Source: Thermoanaerobaculia bacterium | GTDB taxonomy: Bacteria; Acidobacteriota; Thermoanaerobaculia; Gp7-AA8 | DNA length: 63,004 nucleotides | Assembly (NCBI GenBank): GCA_035525045.1 | Contig: DATLEX010000175.1 | Coordinates: 1-63,004 of the forward strand | Direction of reading: 5' to 3' | In this document: positions 18,831 to 27,055 of the stretch, piece by piece | Numbering within the stretch: the first letter of the stretch is position 1 | Layout of the letters: each line of letters starts with the position of its first letter | Position numbers and translations under genes: made by a program | The notes under the pieces: generated by a model | The model's database searches: none | What the model was told of the DNA's origin: nothing | The model's input: only the letters and a program-made list of their open reading frames with translations

Positions 18831-19338
18831 CGGAGGAATGGGAGTCCTTGATCTCCTCGAAGTGCGGCTGGAGCTTGTCGAAGGTGACGTCCAGGTCCTC
18901 CGGGACCAGGCGGGTGCGGGCGGTGACGGTCATGAAGTTCGAGTCACCGCTCCAGCGGGGGACGATGTGCATGTGGTAGTGGTCGGCCACGCCGGCTCCG
19001 GCGATCTGGCCGAAGTTCATCCCGACGTTGAACCCGTCGGGGCGGTAGACGTCCGAGAGGATGCGCTGGGCCTCGGCCGTGAGCCGGATCAGGGCGCGCA
19101 GCGACGAATCGCTGCTGTCGAAGAGCCTGGCCTCGTGCGCGATGGGCGCGACCATCAGATGCCCGTTCGTGTAGGGGTAGCGGTTGAGCATGACCAGGGC
19201 GAGCTCATTGCGGAACAGCGTCAGCGTCTGCTTCGGCTTCCCGGAGGCGGCCGCCACGCAGAAGATGCACTCTTGCGGACTGTCGCTTTTCGGCGACGTC
19301 AAGTAGGGATACCTCCAGGGGGTGAATAGGATTTCCAT
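18823..19338 (-). CDS. HIT family protein (Ap4A phosphorylase/nucleotidyl-transferase branch)
   Basis: Histidine triad HYHMHIVPRW, with an N-terminal FTPWRYPYL...CIFC segment. Confidence 0.82.
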   Translation of the reverse strand: MEILFTPWRYPYLTSPKSDSPQECIFCVAAASGKPKQTLTLFRNELALVMLNRYPYTNGHLMVAPIAHEARLFDSSDSSLRALIRLTAEAQRILSDVYRPDGFNVGMNFGQIAGAGVADHYHMHIVPRWSGDSNFMTVTARTRLVPEDLDVTFDKLQPHFEEIKDSHSSDE

Positions 19339-19341
19339 GGG

Positions 19342-19417
19342 CGTTAACCGTCAACCGTCAACCGTTAACCGTGGGCTTCGATCTCGGTTAACGGTAATCG
19401 GTTTTAACGGTTAACGG
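19342..19417. repeat. inverted pair of tandem heptamer arrays (CCGTYAA x4-5 / GGTTAAC-type x4)
   Basis: Left arm: CGTTAA CCGTCAA CCGTCAA CCGTTAA CCGTGGG. A 10-nt spacer follows. Right arm: GGTTAAC GGTAATC GGTTTTAAC GGTTAAC GG. It lies between the ihfB stop and the HIT-gene start. Confidence 0.88.
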
Positions 19418-19421
19418 CCCC

Positions 19422-19769
19422 TCATTCGGTCTCTGCAGTAGGCGGCGCCGTATCGGCAGATTCGGGCGCCGCTCCCCCGCCCGCCTCCGCCACGTTCTTG
19501 TTGATCAGCTCCTTCAGCTCCTTGCCGGGCTTGAAATAGGGGATCTTCTTGGAGGGGACCTCCACCTTCTCGCCGGTCTTGGGGTTGCGGCCGGTGCGCG
19601 ATTTCCTGCTGCGGAGACGGAAGCTGCCGAAGCCGCGCAGCTCGATCTTCTGTCCCGCCCGGAGCGACTCGACGATCGAGTCGAAGACGATGTTGACGAT
19701 CGTCTCGGCCTGCTTCTTGGTGAGCTGGACGACGCGTGCCACCTCGTCGACGAGCTCGGCCTTGGTCAT
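19422..19769 (-). CDS. ihfB: integration host factor beta-like DNA-binding protein (HU/IHF family)
   Basis: Start at 19769 (MTKAELVDEVARV...). RGFGSFRLRSRKSRTGRNPKTGEKVEVPSKKIPYFKPGKELKELIN closely parallels E. coli IhfB. The cmk-rpsA-(sppA)-ihfB order resembles the enterobacterial cmk-rpsA-ihfB order. It has an extra Ala/Pro/Glu tail. Confidence 0.85.
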   Translation of the reverse strand: MTKAELVDEVARVVQLTKKQAETIVNIVFDSIVESLRAGQKIELRGFGSFRLRSRKSRTGRNPKTGEKVEVPSKKIPYFKPGKELKELINKNVAEAGGGAAPESADTAPPTAETE

Positions 19770-19833
19770 CACACCCGCTTTGGCGCTGGTCTCGTTTTCG
19801 TCGAGATCGATCGGTTGCTCCAAAGTAGCCTCC

Positions 19834-20880
19834 TCACTTCGCAGATGCAGCACCGGCTGCTTCCCACAGGTACAGAAACCGAGCCGCACGGCGGCTCATC
19901 ACCTTTTCCAGCAATGACTGCGGGTCGCTGGCGCCGGTCAGAAGGTCGACCAGCGTGGCCCGGCGCGGCTTCGGATAGAGCATGGCCGGCTCGCCCTTGA
20001 TGCCTCCCATCTCTCCGGCCAGGCGCACCGCGTCGTGCAGGCTGCCCAGCCGGTCCACCAGCTTCAGCGCCAGCGCTTCCTCCCCGGTGAAGACCCGGCC
20101 GTCCGCCAGCTCCACCACCTCCGCCTCGGTCAGCTTCCCTTCCCGCCCCGCGGCCACGGCCTTGACGAACTGAGTGTGAAGCTGATCGACCACGCGCTGG
20201 AGGTACTGCCGCTCCTCCTCGGTCAGCTTCTGGAAGGGCGAGCCGGCCGACTTCAGCGAGCCGCTGGTGATCGTCTCCGGGCGCATGCGCGCCCAGCGGA
20301 CCAGCTCCTCGTACTCGAGCCACTGCAGGATGACGCCGATCGAGCCGGTGATCGATCCGGGGTTGGCCACGATCTGATCGCACGCCGCGGCGATGTAGAA
20401 CCCCCCCGAGGCCGCCACGCTGTCGAAGGAGGCCACCACCGGCTTCCCGCTTTCCTCGCGGATGCGAAGGATCTCCGAGTAGATCTCCTGCGAGGGGGCG
20501 ATGGCGCCGCCGGGGCTGTTGATCCGCACCACGATCGCCTTGACCGTGGAGCTGTCGGCGTATTTGTCGAGCGACTCGATGGTGTCGCGGGCATCGAGGA
20601 TCGGGCCGTCGATGGGAACCACCGCCACCCGCTGCGTGGAGAGGGTGAAGCGCGAGGAGTCGCTCCGCGTCGCGGCGAAGGCGATCATCAGGAACGAGAA
20701 GCCGACCACCAGCACCAGGCAGCCGGTGAAGGCGCCGAAGACGAACATTCCCGCCCGTGACTTCCGCGGCCGCTCGACCACTACGGCCGGCATTGGCGGC
20801 GGGGCCTGGGTCTCCGGGCCGGGGGCCGGTTCCTGGTCAGGCTGCTGTTGATACGGCTGATTCGGATCGATGTCGGACAT
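19834..20880 (-). CDS. sppA: signal peptide peptidase SppA, 36K type
   Basis: N-terminal TM segment. The S49 core is SVAASGGFYIAAACDQIVANPGSITGSIGV. Confidence 0.88.
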   Translation of the reverse strand: MSDIDPNQPYQQQPDQEPAPGPETQAPPPMPAVVVERPRKSRAGMFVFGAFTGCLVLVVGFSFLMIAFAATRSDSSRFTLSTQRVAVVPIDGPILDARDTIESLDKYADSSTVKAIVVRINSPGGAIAPSQEIYSEILRIREESGKPVVASFDSVAASGGFYIAAACDQIVANPGSITGSIGVILQWLEYEELVRWARMRPETITSGSLKSAGSPFQKLTEEERQYLQRVVDQLHTQFVKAVAAGREGKLTEAEVVELADGRVFTGEEALALKLVDRLGSLHDAVRLAGEMGGIKGEPAMLYPKPRRATLVDLLTGASDPQSLLEKVMSRRAARFLYLWEAAGAASAK

Positions 20881-20892
20881 GCTCGGCGTCCT

Positions 20893-22608
20893 CTAGGGTT
20901 CAGTGGTGCCGGCCGGCGGCGTCTCGCCGGCCGGGCCGTGCGCCGCGGCGCGTTCCTCGTCTGTGAGCGGCGGGACGTCGCGGGTGCTCAGCCCGATCTT
21001 CCGCTCGTGCGAATCGAGCTTGATGATGCGCGCTCGGATGACCTCCCCCGGCGTGAAGGCCTTGTCGAGCTTCACCTTCGCGTCGCGCTGGACTTCCGAA
21101 ACGTGCGCCAGCCCTTCCACCCCGTCGGCCACGCGAACGAAGAGGCCGAAGTCGGTGATCTTGGCGATCGTGCCGGTGATCTCGTCGCCGACGGTGTGGC
21201 CGCGGGCGAAGTTGTCCCACTCGTTGGGGAGGAACTCGCGGATGGAGAGCGAGAGCCGCTGGTTCTCCCCGTCGACGTTGATGACCCGGGCCTGCACCGT
21301 GTCGCCCTTCTTCAGCACCTCGCTGGGGTGCTTGAGGCGGCGTGCGAACGACATGTCGGAGATGTGGATCAGGCCGTCGATCCCCTCCTCGACCTCCACG
21401 AAGGCGCCGAAGTCGGTCAGGTTGCGGACCTTCCCCGTGATCACCGACCCCACCGGGAACCGCTCGGCGATCGTGTCCCACGGGTTCTCCTCGAGCGCCT
21501 TGAGCGAGAGCGAGATGCGGCGGTTGGCGATATTCACGTCCGAGACCACCGCCTCCACCTCCTCCCCGGTGGAGAGGAGCTTGGCCGGATTGCGGACCTT
21601 CTTGGTCCACGACATCTCGCTGACGTGGATCAACCCCTCCACGCCGTCTTCCAACTCCACGAACGCGCCGTAGTCGGCGAGCGAGACCACCTTCCCCCGC
21701 ACCCGGCTGCCGAGCGGGTAGCGCTGCACGACGTCCGACCACGGATCGGGGGTCTTCTGCTTGTAGCCGAGCGAGACACGCTCGGCCTGTGGATCGAACT
21801 TGAGGACCGTCACCTCCAGTTCGTCGCCGACGTTGAAGTACTCCGAGGGGTGGTTGACCCGTCCCCAGGAGATGTCGGTGATGTGGAGCAGGCCGTCCAC
21901 GCCGCCCAGGTCGACGAAGACGCCGTAGTCGGTGATGTTCTTGACCACGCCGTGCGTGAGCTTCCCCTCTTCGAGCCGGCCGAAGGTCTCCTGTTTCTGC
22001 TTCGACTGCTCCACTTCGACCAGGGCCCGCCGCGACAGGACCACGTTGCTCCGCTTCTTGTCGAAGGAGACGATCTTGAAGCGGAACTCCTGCCCGCGCA
22101 GCGCATCGAGGTTCTTCACCGGCTTTGTGTCGATGAGCGACCCCGGCAGGAAGGCCTTGATCCCGCCGACATCGACGGAGAGCCCCCCTTTGACCCGGTC
22201 CACCACCCGCCCCATGATCGGTTCCTCGGCTTTGTAGGCCGCCTCGATCCGGTCCCACACCAGCATGCGCTCGGCCTTCTCGCGCGAGAGCTGCACGTAG
22301 CCGGAGATGTCCTCGAGACGCTCGACAAAGACGTCGATCTCGTCGCCGCGCTTCACCGTGACCTCGCCGTCGTGCCCGGTGACCTGCGAGGCGGGAAGAA
22401 GGCCCTCCGACTTGTACCCGATATCGACGACGACCTCGCTCGGGGTGACCTTCACCACCCGCCCCCGGATGATCTCCCCCTCCGCAAAGGTGGCCATTTT
22501 CTGGTCGTAGAGGTTGAGGAGCTCGTCCATTCCCAGCCCCTCCAGATTGTTGGCGTCCGCCGGACGTTCGGGCGGCTTCTGCTTGGTTGGATCGTCACTG
22601 GACGCCAT
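20893..22608 (-). CDS. rpsA: 30S ribosomal protein S1
   Basis: 571 aa with six S1 repeats (GxVxxVtdfGaFVdl pattern repeated). It lies downstream of cmk. Confidence 0.96.
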   Translation of the reverse strand: MASSDDPTKQKPPERPADANNLEGLGMDELLNLYDQKMATFAEGEIIRGRVVKVTPSEVVVDIGYKSEGLLPASQVTGHDGEVTVKRGDEIDVFVERLEDISGYVQLSREKAERMLVWDRIEAAYKAEEPIMGRVVDRVKGGLSVDVGGIKAFLPGSLIDTKPVKNLDALRGQEFRFKIVSFDKKRSNVVLSRRALVEVEQSKQKQETFGRLEEGKLTHGVVKNITDYGVFVDLGGVDGLLHITDISWGRVNHPSEYFNVGDELEVTVLKFDPQAERVSLGYKQKTPDPWSDVVQRYPLGSRVRGKVVSLADYGAFVELEDGVEGLIHVSEMSWTKKVRNPAKLLSTGEEVEAVVSDVNIANRRISLSLKALEENPWDTIAERFPVGSVITGKVRNLTDFGAFVEVEEGIDGLIHISDMSFARRLKHPSEVLKKGDTVQARVINVDGENQRLSLSIREFLPNEWDNFARGHTVGDEITGTIAKITDFGLFVRVADGVEGLAHVSEVQRDAKVKLDKAFTPGEVIRARIIKLDSHERKIGLSTRDVPPLTDEERAAAHGPAGETPPAGTTEP

Positions 22609-22805
22609 GGACTGGGGAACCTCCCTCGAACCGGGTGACCAGACAAAAACGGCCGGAGCACCCGCATCACCCGCGCACCCAAAATCAACGTAAATTGTTG
22701 ATACGCGCTGAAATCGGGAGTTTAGCGGGCGCGTGAAGTATGGTCAAGGAAGGTGGAGGAACGTGCCGAGTGCCGGGCGCCGGGCGAGGTTGGGCGGCGC
22801 CCCGA

Positions 22806-23471
22806 CTATCGGTCTCGGACGCGCTCGACGATCCGCTTCACCACCTCGCCGATCGTCAGCGCGGACGTATCGATCACCTCGTAGGACTCGTCCCAGGTCA
22901 GGGGGGAGTCAGCGCGGCTGGAGTCCTGCTCGTCCCGCCGCCCGGCCTCGGCCAGCACCGTCTCGAAGGAGACGGGACTCCCCCTGGCCAGCAGCTCACG
23001 GTGGCGGCGCTCGGCGCGCACCTGGGGGCTGGCGGTGAGAAAGAACTTGTGCGGTGTCTCCGGGAAGACCTTCGTGCCGATGTCACGCCCTTCGAGGACG
23101 CCGCCGGCCCGGCGCCCGAGCTCCTGCTGGCGGCGGACCAGCGCGCGGCGGACGGCGGGGACGGCCGAGACGTGGCTGGCGGCCATGCTCACCTCCGGCG
23201 TGCGGATCAGGTGGGTGACGTCCTCGCCGTCGAGCAGCACGCGGGGGTGCTCCCCCGGAAGGAGATCGATGGCGGTGCGGGCCAGCAGGTCCTCGAGGGC
23301 GGGGGCATCGTGCAGGGCGACACCGGCGCGCGTGGCCGCCAGGGCGATGGCGCGGTACATGGCGCCGGTATCGATGTGGGGGATGCCGAGCTCGCGGGCC
23401 ACCAGCCGGCTGGCCGTCGTCTTGCCGACGCCGGAGGGGCCGTCGATGGCGATGATGAGGGGCGGGGTCAC
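22806..23471 (-). CDS. cmk: (d)CMP kinase
   Basis: P-loop IAIDGPSGVGKTT, 221 aa, upstream of rpsA. Confidence 0.93.
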   Translation of the reverse strand: MTPPLIIAIDGPSGVGKTTASRLVARELGIPHIDTGAMYRAIALAATRAGVALHDAPALEDLLARTAIDLLPGEHPRVLLDGEDVTHLIRTPEVSMAASHVSAVPAVRRALVRRQQELGRRAGGVLEGRDIGTKVFPETPHKFFLTASPQVRAERRHRELLARGSPVSFETVLAEAGRRDEQDSSRADSPLTWDESYEVIDTSALTIGEVVKRIVERVRDR

Positions 23472-24340
23472 CGCTGGCGCGCCGCCCGGCGCGGCTTGGC
23501 CGCGGTGCGCGCGGCGGGCTTGCCCGCGGCTTTCTTCTTGGAGACCGGTTTCTTCCGCGAGCGTGGAGGCTGCGCGGCGCGGCGCGGCTTCGACGGCTTG
23601 GCGTCCTTCATCGTGGCCAGCATCTTCACTTCCTGCCTGGTCAGCTCACGCCAGACGCCAGGGGTCAGCTTCGGGTCGGAGATCGGACCGATGGCCACGC
23701 GGCGCAGCTTCGAGACAGGATGGCCGACGGCCTGGAACATCTTGCGGATCTGCTGCGTCCGCCCTTCGCGGAGCTTGACCTCGAACCAACTGTTCCCTTC
23801 CTCCTCCCCGCGGCCGGTGGTCTTCATGCGGGAGAGCTGGCAGGGAAGGGTTCGCTTTCCGTCGATGGTGATGCCGCGCTCGAGCTTCTCGATCATGCGA
23901 TCCTCGGGCACTCCGCGGACCTTCACGTGGTAGGTCTTGACCGAACCATGCTTCGGGTGCGAGATCCTGAAGGCGAGATCGCCGTCGTTGGTCAACAGGA
24001 CCAGCCCCTCGGAGTGGAAGTCGAGGCGTCCCACCGGATAGATCCGCTCCCGCACTCCGCGGATCAGGTCGATGACCGTCCGCCTCCCCTGCGGGTCCTC
24101 GACGGTGGTCATCACTTGCCTCGGCTTGTAGAGGAGGATGTAGCGATGGGTCTCGGCACGGGTGATGAGCTTGCCGTCGACCTTGACGTGGTCGCGGGAA
24201 GCATTCGCTCGCGAGCCCAGCTCGGTGACGACGCGCCCGTTCACCGTCACCCGTCCCTCGCGAATCATCGTTTCGGCTTCTCGTCGCGACGCGAAGCCGG
24301 CATGGGCGATGATCTTCTGCAGTCGCTCGAGTTGCATCAC
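23468..24340 (-). CDS. rluB: 23S rRNA pseudouridine synthase, RsuA/RluB family
   Basis: S4 domain (RLQKIIAHAGFASRREAETMIREGRVTVNG), catalytic YPVGRLDFHSEGLVLLTNDG, and a basic Lys/Arg/Ala tail. Confidence 0.88.
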   Translation of the reverse strand: MMQLERLQKIIAHAGFASRREAETMIREGRVTVNGRVVTELGSRANASRDHVKVDGKLITRAETHRYILLYKPRQVMTTVEDPQGRRTVIDLIRGVRERIYPVGRLDFHSEGLVLLTNDGDLAFRISHPKHGSVKTYHVKVRGVPEDRMIEKLERGITIDGKRTLPCQLSRMKTTGRGEEEGNSWFEVKLREGRTQQIRKMFQAVGHPVSKLRRVAIGPISDPKLTPGVWRELTRQEVKMLATMKDAKPSKPRRAAQPPRSRKKPVSKKKAAGKPAARTAAKPRRAARQR

Positions 24341-25029
24341 TCTGGTTGCTGTTCGCCGCCTGACGATTCTAACTCGACTTCGAGGCGATCTTCCGCCGCT
24401 TCGCCTTCGGCAAGCGGGATCTCGATCGAGTCGTCGGTCGCTTCGGCGGCCTGAATGTTGGCCACCAGGTCCTCGTCGAGCTGCTCGCCGATCAGATCGC
24501 CGAACTCCTCGAGCTGGGGAAGGTCGCGGATGTCGTCGAGGCCGAAGTGCACCAGGAACTCGCGCGTGGTGCGGTAGAGGAAGGGGCTGCCCACGACGTT
24601 CTTCCGTCCGGAGACGCGGATCATCCGCCGCTCCAGCAGCGTGCGGATCGTCTGCGTGGAGTTGACTCCGCGGATGTCCGACACCTCCGGCGCCGTGACC
24701 GGCTGGCGGTAAGCCACGATGGCCAGCGTCTCCAGCGCCGCGATGGAGAGACGGCTCTCCCCTTTCCTGGCGAAGTACTTCCTGAGCACGGCGTCGTGCT
24801 CGGGCCGCGTGGCCAGGCGCCAGCCGCCGGCCGCCTGCTCGAGGACGAACCCCCCCACGTTTGCCCCCAGGCTGCGCTGGATCTCCCCGAGCTGTGCGGC
24901 GATGGTCTCCTTCTCCACCCCGGGGAAGGCCTCGGCGAATTCCTCGAGCTTCACCGGCTCGTTGCTGACGAAGAGGATGGCCTCCAGGGCCGCGCGCAGG
25001 TCGTTGGTATCCATGGTGTCAGGTGTCAT
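24337..25029 (-). CDS. scpB: segregation and condensation protein B
   Basis: LEAILFVSNEPV motif and winged-helix repeats, downstream of scpA. The true start may be the Met of MDTNDLRAALEAILF, because ATG 25029 lies inside a repeat terminus. Confidence 0.88.
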   Translation of the reverse strand: MTPDTMDTNDLRAALEAILFVSNEPVKLEEFAEAFPGVEKETIAAQLGEIQRSLGANVGGFVLEQAAGGWRLATRPEHDAVLRKYFARKGESRLSIAALETLAIVAYRQPVTAPEVSDIRGVNSTQTIRTLLERRMIRVSGRKNVVGSPFLYRTTREFLVHFGLDDIRDLPQLEEFGDLIGEQLDEDLVANIQAAEATDDSIEIPLAEGEAAEDRLEVELESSGGEQQPE

Positions 25030-25145
25030 TCCGAGCCGGCGAAGCCCCGAAGGGGCGGAGCGCGGCGAGGAATCCCCCGCCGACGGAGCGCGGCGCGTAC
25101 TTGCGCGGGGGATTCCTCGCCGTCTCCGCGGCTCGGAATGACACC
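25022..25145. repeat. ~124-bp palindromic intergenic element (GTCATTCCGAGC termini, GAGGAATCCCCCGC core)
   Basis: The terminus GGTGTCATTCCGAGCCG (from 25022) pairs with CGGCTCGGAATGACACC (ending 25145). The inner pair is GGCGAGGAATCCCCCGC and GCGGGGGATTCCTCGCC. It fills the whole scpA-scpB gap. Confidence 0.9.
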
Positions 25146-25967
25146 CTAGCCGTTGTCGAACAACGCAAAGCCGGCCTCATCGATCTCCCGTTCCGTCTTC
25201 GCCACGACGATCTCCCCGAAATTCTCCCCCTGCTGGAGGGCGATGCCGCCGAGGCGGACCAGCTCGAGCATGCCGAGGAAGATGGCGATCAGCTCGTCGC
25301 GGTCGCGCCCCTCCAGGAACCATTGCAGGCGGATCGGCGACTTCTCCTTCAGTCTGCCGTACAGCTCCACCATTTTCTCGGAAATCCGGTGAACCGTCCG
25401 CCTCAGCTCGAGGGACTGCGGATGGGCGGCCTTGTAGCGGCTGAGCGCCGAGCGGAACGCGTCGATCAGATCGAACAGCGAGACCTCGCTCATGTCGATC
25501 TCGGAGGCGTCCATCCCCGGCCTGGGAACGCTGGGGCGCGGCCACATTCCCATGCGCACCACGTCGAGCTCGGCGAAGCTCTCGGCCACGGCCTTGAACC
25601 GCTGGTACTGCAGCAGGCGGTCCACCAGCTCCTGCCGCGGGTCCTCCGCCGGTTCCTCCGCGCTCTCGTCGCGCGGCAGGAGCATCTTCGACTTGATGTG
25701 GATCAGCAGCGCGGCCATGTAGATGTAGTCCGCCGCCACCTCCAGGTCCAGCTCCTCCATCGCGTCGAGGTAGCCCGTGTACTGCTCGGTGATCAGCACG
25801 ATGGGGATGTCGTAGACGTCGACCTTGTGCTGCCGGATGAGATGCAGCAGCAGGTCGAGCGGCCCGTGGAAGGTGGGGAGGGTGACCTCGTAGGTGGACT
25901 CGTCCCGCTCCTCGTCGCCGTCGAGCGGGGCGCCGGCGCCTTTCTCTTCTTCGGCCATCGTGGTCAT
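25146..25967 (-). CDS. scpA: segregation and condensation protein A
   Basis: Start at ATG 25967 (MTTMAEEEKG...), overlapping the trpS stop (ATGA). It contains HGPLDLLLHLIRQHKVDVYDIPI. The ORF-track extension to 27059 is a shadow through trpS. Confidence 0.9.
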   Translation of the reverse strand: MTTMAEEEKGAGAPLDGDEERDESTYEVTLPTFHGPLDLLLHLIRQHKVDVYDIPIVLITEQYTGYLDAMEELDLEVAADYIYMAALLIHIKSKMLLPRDESAEEPAEDPRQELVDRLLQYQRFKAVAESFAELDVVRMGMWPRPSVPRPGMDASEIDMSEVSLFDLIDAFRSALSRYKAAHPQSLELRRTVHRISEKMVELYGRLKEKSPIRLQWFLEGRDRDELIAIFLGMLELVRLGGIALQQGENFGEIVVAKTEREIDEAGFALFDNG

Positions 25968-26971
25968 CGGAGCTCTGGGTAGTCGATCTTCATGGCCTGC
26001 CGGACGAGGGCCAGCGTCTCCGCGGCACGCTCCCTCGCCTTCCGATTGCCGTCGCGCAGCACGTCCCACACCGTCTGGGGGTGGCGGTCGATGGCCTCGC
26101 GCCGCTCCCGGATCGGCCGCAACTGCTCGATCATGATCTCGGCGAGCAGTTTCTTGTCGTCCACGCACCCGATCTGCGCCGTGCGGCACTCGTGATCGAC
26201 GCGGGCGATGGTGGCCTGATCGGAGAACAGTTTGTGGAACTGGAAGAGGTTGCAGATGTCGGGGTTGCCGGGATCCTTCCGCCGGATGCGGTTGGGATCG
26301 GTGAACATGGTCGAGACCAGGGCCACGATCTCGTCCGCCGCGGCCGTCAGGCCGATGGTGTTGCCGTACGACTTCGACATCTTCCTTCCGTCGAGGCCCG
26401 GCACCTTCGGCGTGGCGGTGAAGAGCGGCTGCGGCTCGGGGAAGACCTCGCCGTAGAAGTTGTTGAAGCGCCGCACGATCTCCCTCGAGAGCTCCAGGTG
26501 CGAGGCCTGGTCTTCCCCCACCGGGACGTAGTTCGCGCGGTAGATGATGATGTCGGCCGTCTGCAGCAGCGGATAGCCGAGGAACCCGTAGGTGTTGAGG
26601 TCCTTGTCCTCGATCTGCTGCTGCTGGTCCTTGAACGTCGGCACGCGCTCCAGCCACGGCAGCGGCGTGATCATCGACAGGAGGAGATGCAGTTCCGCGT
26701 GCTCCTTCACCTCCGACTGCATGAAGAGCGTGCATCTTTCCGGATCGAGACCGGCGGCCAGGAGGTCGGACACGGCCTCGAAGGTGGCCTGCCGGATGTT
26801 GCCCGGATCGGCGTAGTCGGACGTGAGGGCGTGCCAGTCCGCGATGAAGATGAAACAGTGGTACCGGTCCTGGAGATCGACCCAGTTGCGAATTGCTCCG
26901 AAGTAGTTGCCGAGGTGAATGCGGCCCGTGGGCCGGAGGCCGCTGAGAACGTGCTGGGTCTGTTGGCTCAA
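25964..26971 (-). CDS. trpS: tryptophan--tRNA ligase
   Basis: Class I motifs: HLGNYFGA (HIGH-like) and KMSKS. 335 aa. The annotated start codon is TTG. Confidence 0.94.
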   Translation of the reverse strand: MSQQTQHVLSGLRPTGRIHLGNYFGAIRNWVDLQDRYHCFIFIADWHALTSDYADPGNIRQATFEAVSDLLAAGLDPERCTLFMQSEVKEHAELHLLLSMITPLPWLERVPTFKDQQQQIEDKDLNTYGFLGYPLLQTADIIIYRANYVPVGEDQASHLELSREIVRRFNNFYGEVFPEPQPLFTATPKVPGLDGRKMSKSYGNTIGLTAAADEIVALVSTMFTDPNRIRRKDPGNPDICNLFQFHKLFSDQATIARVDHECRTAQIGCVDDKKLLAEIMIEQLRPIRERREAIDRHPQTVWDVLRDGNRKARERAAETLALVRQAMKIDYPELR

Positions 26972-27018
26972 TGCTCGAGTCTCGTGGGGAGGTCGGTTCC
27001 AGTCGCGGGAGTGTAGCT

Positions 27019-27053
27019 GATTTTGGATTTTGGATTTGGGGTTTTGGATTGCA
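27019..27053. repeat. solo tandem heptamer array, GATTTTG family
   Basis: GATTTTG GATTTTG GATTTGG GGTTTTG GATTGCA. The unit, copy number and GATTG-ending last unit match the left arm at 10712-10746. I found no complementary arm nearby. Confidence 0.88.
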
Positions 27054-27055
27054 CA

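Noticed and set aside
20848-22638. 596-aa plus-strand ORF that covers the whole rpsA locus. Similar long antisense ORFs occur at 15148..17160, 8585..10306, 52690..53874, 53943..55631, 58498..60318 and 57212..58612.
   Set aside because: - They are mirror-frame shadows of well-supported genes in a GC-rich genome.
- Their translations are Arg/Gly/Asp/Pro/His-rich with no recognisable motifs.
- The opposite strand encodes textbook proteins in each case.
22609-22805. A hidden small gene, tRNA or riboswitch in the 197-nt cmk-rpsA spacer. The 31433-31544 spacer was examined in the same way.
   Set aside because: - No cloverleaf-compatible sequence or conserved riboswitch core was recognisable by eye.
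- The region is most simply the rpsA promoter plus a 5' leader with a GAGGGAGG Shine-Dalgarno sequence.
- Only the shared 12-mer was retained as a finding.
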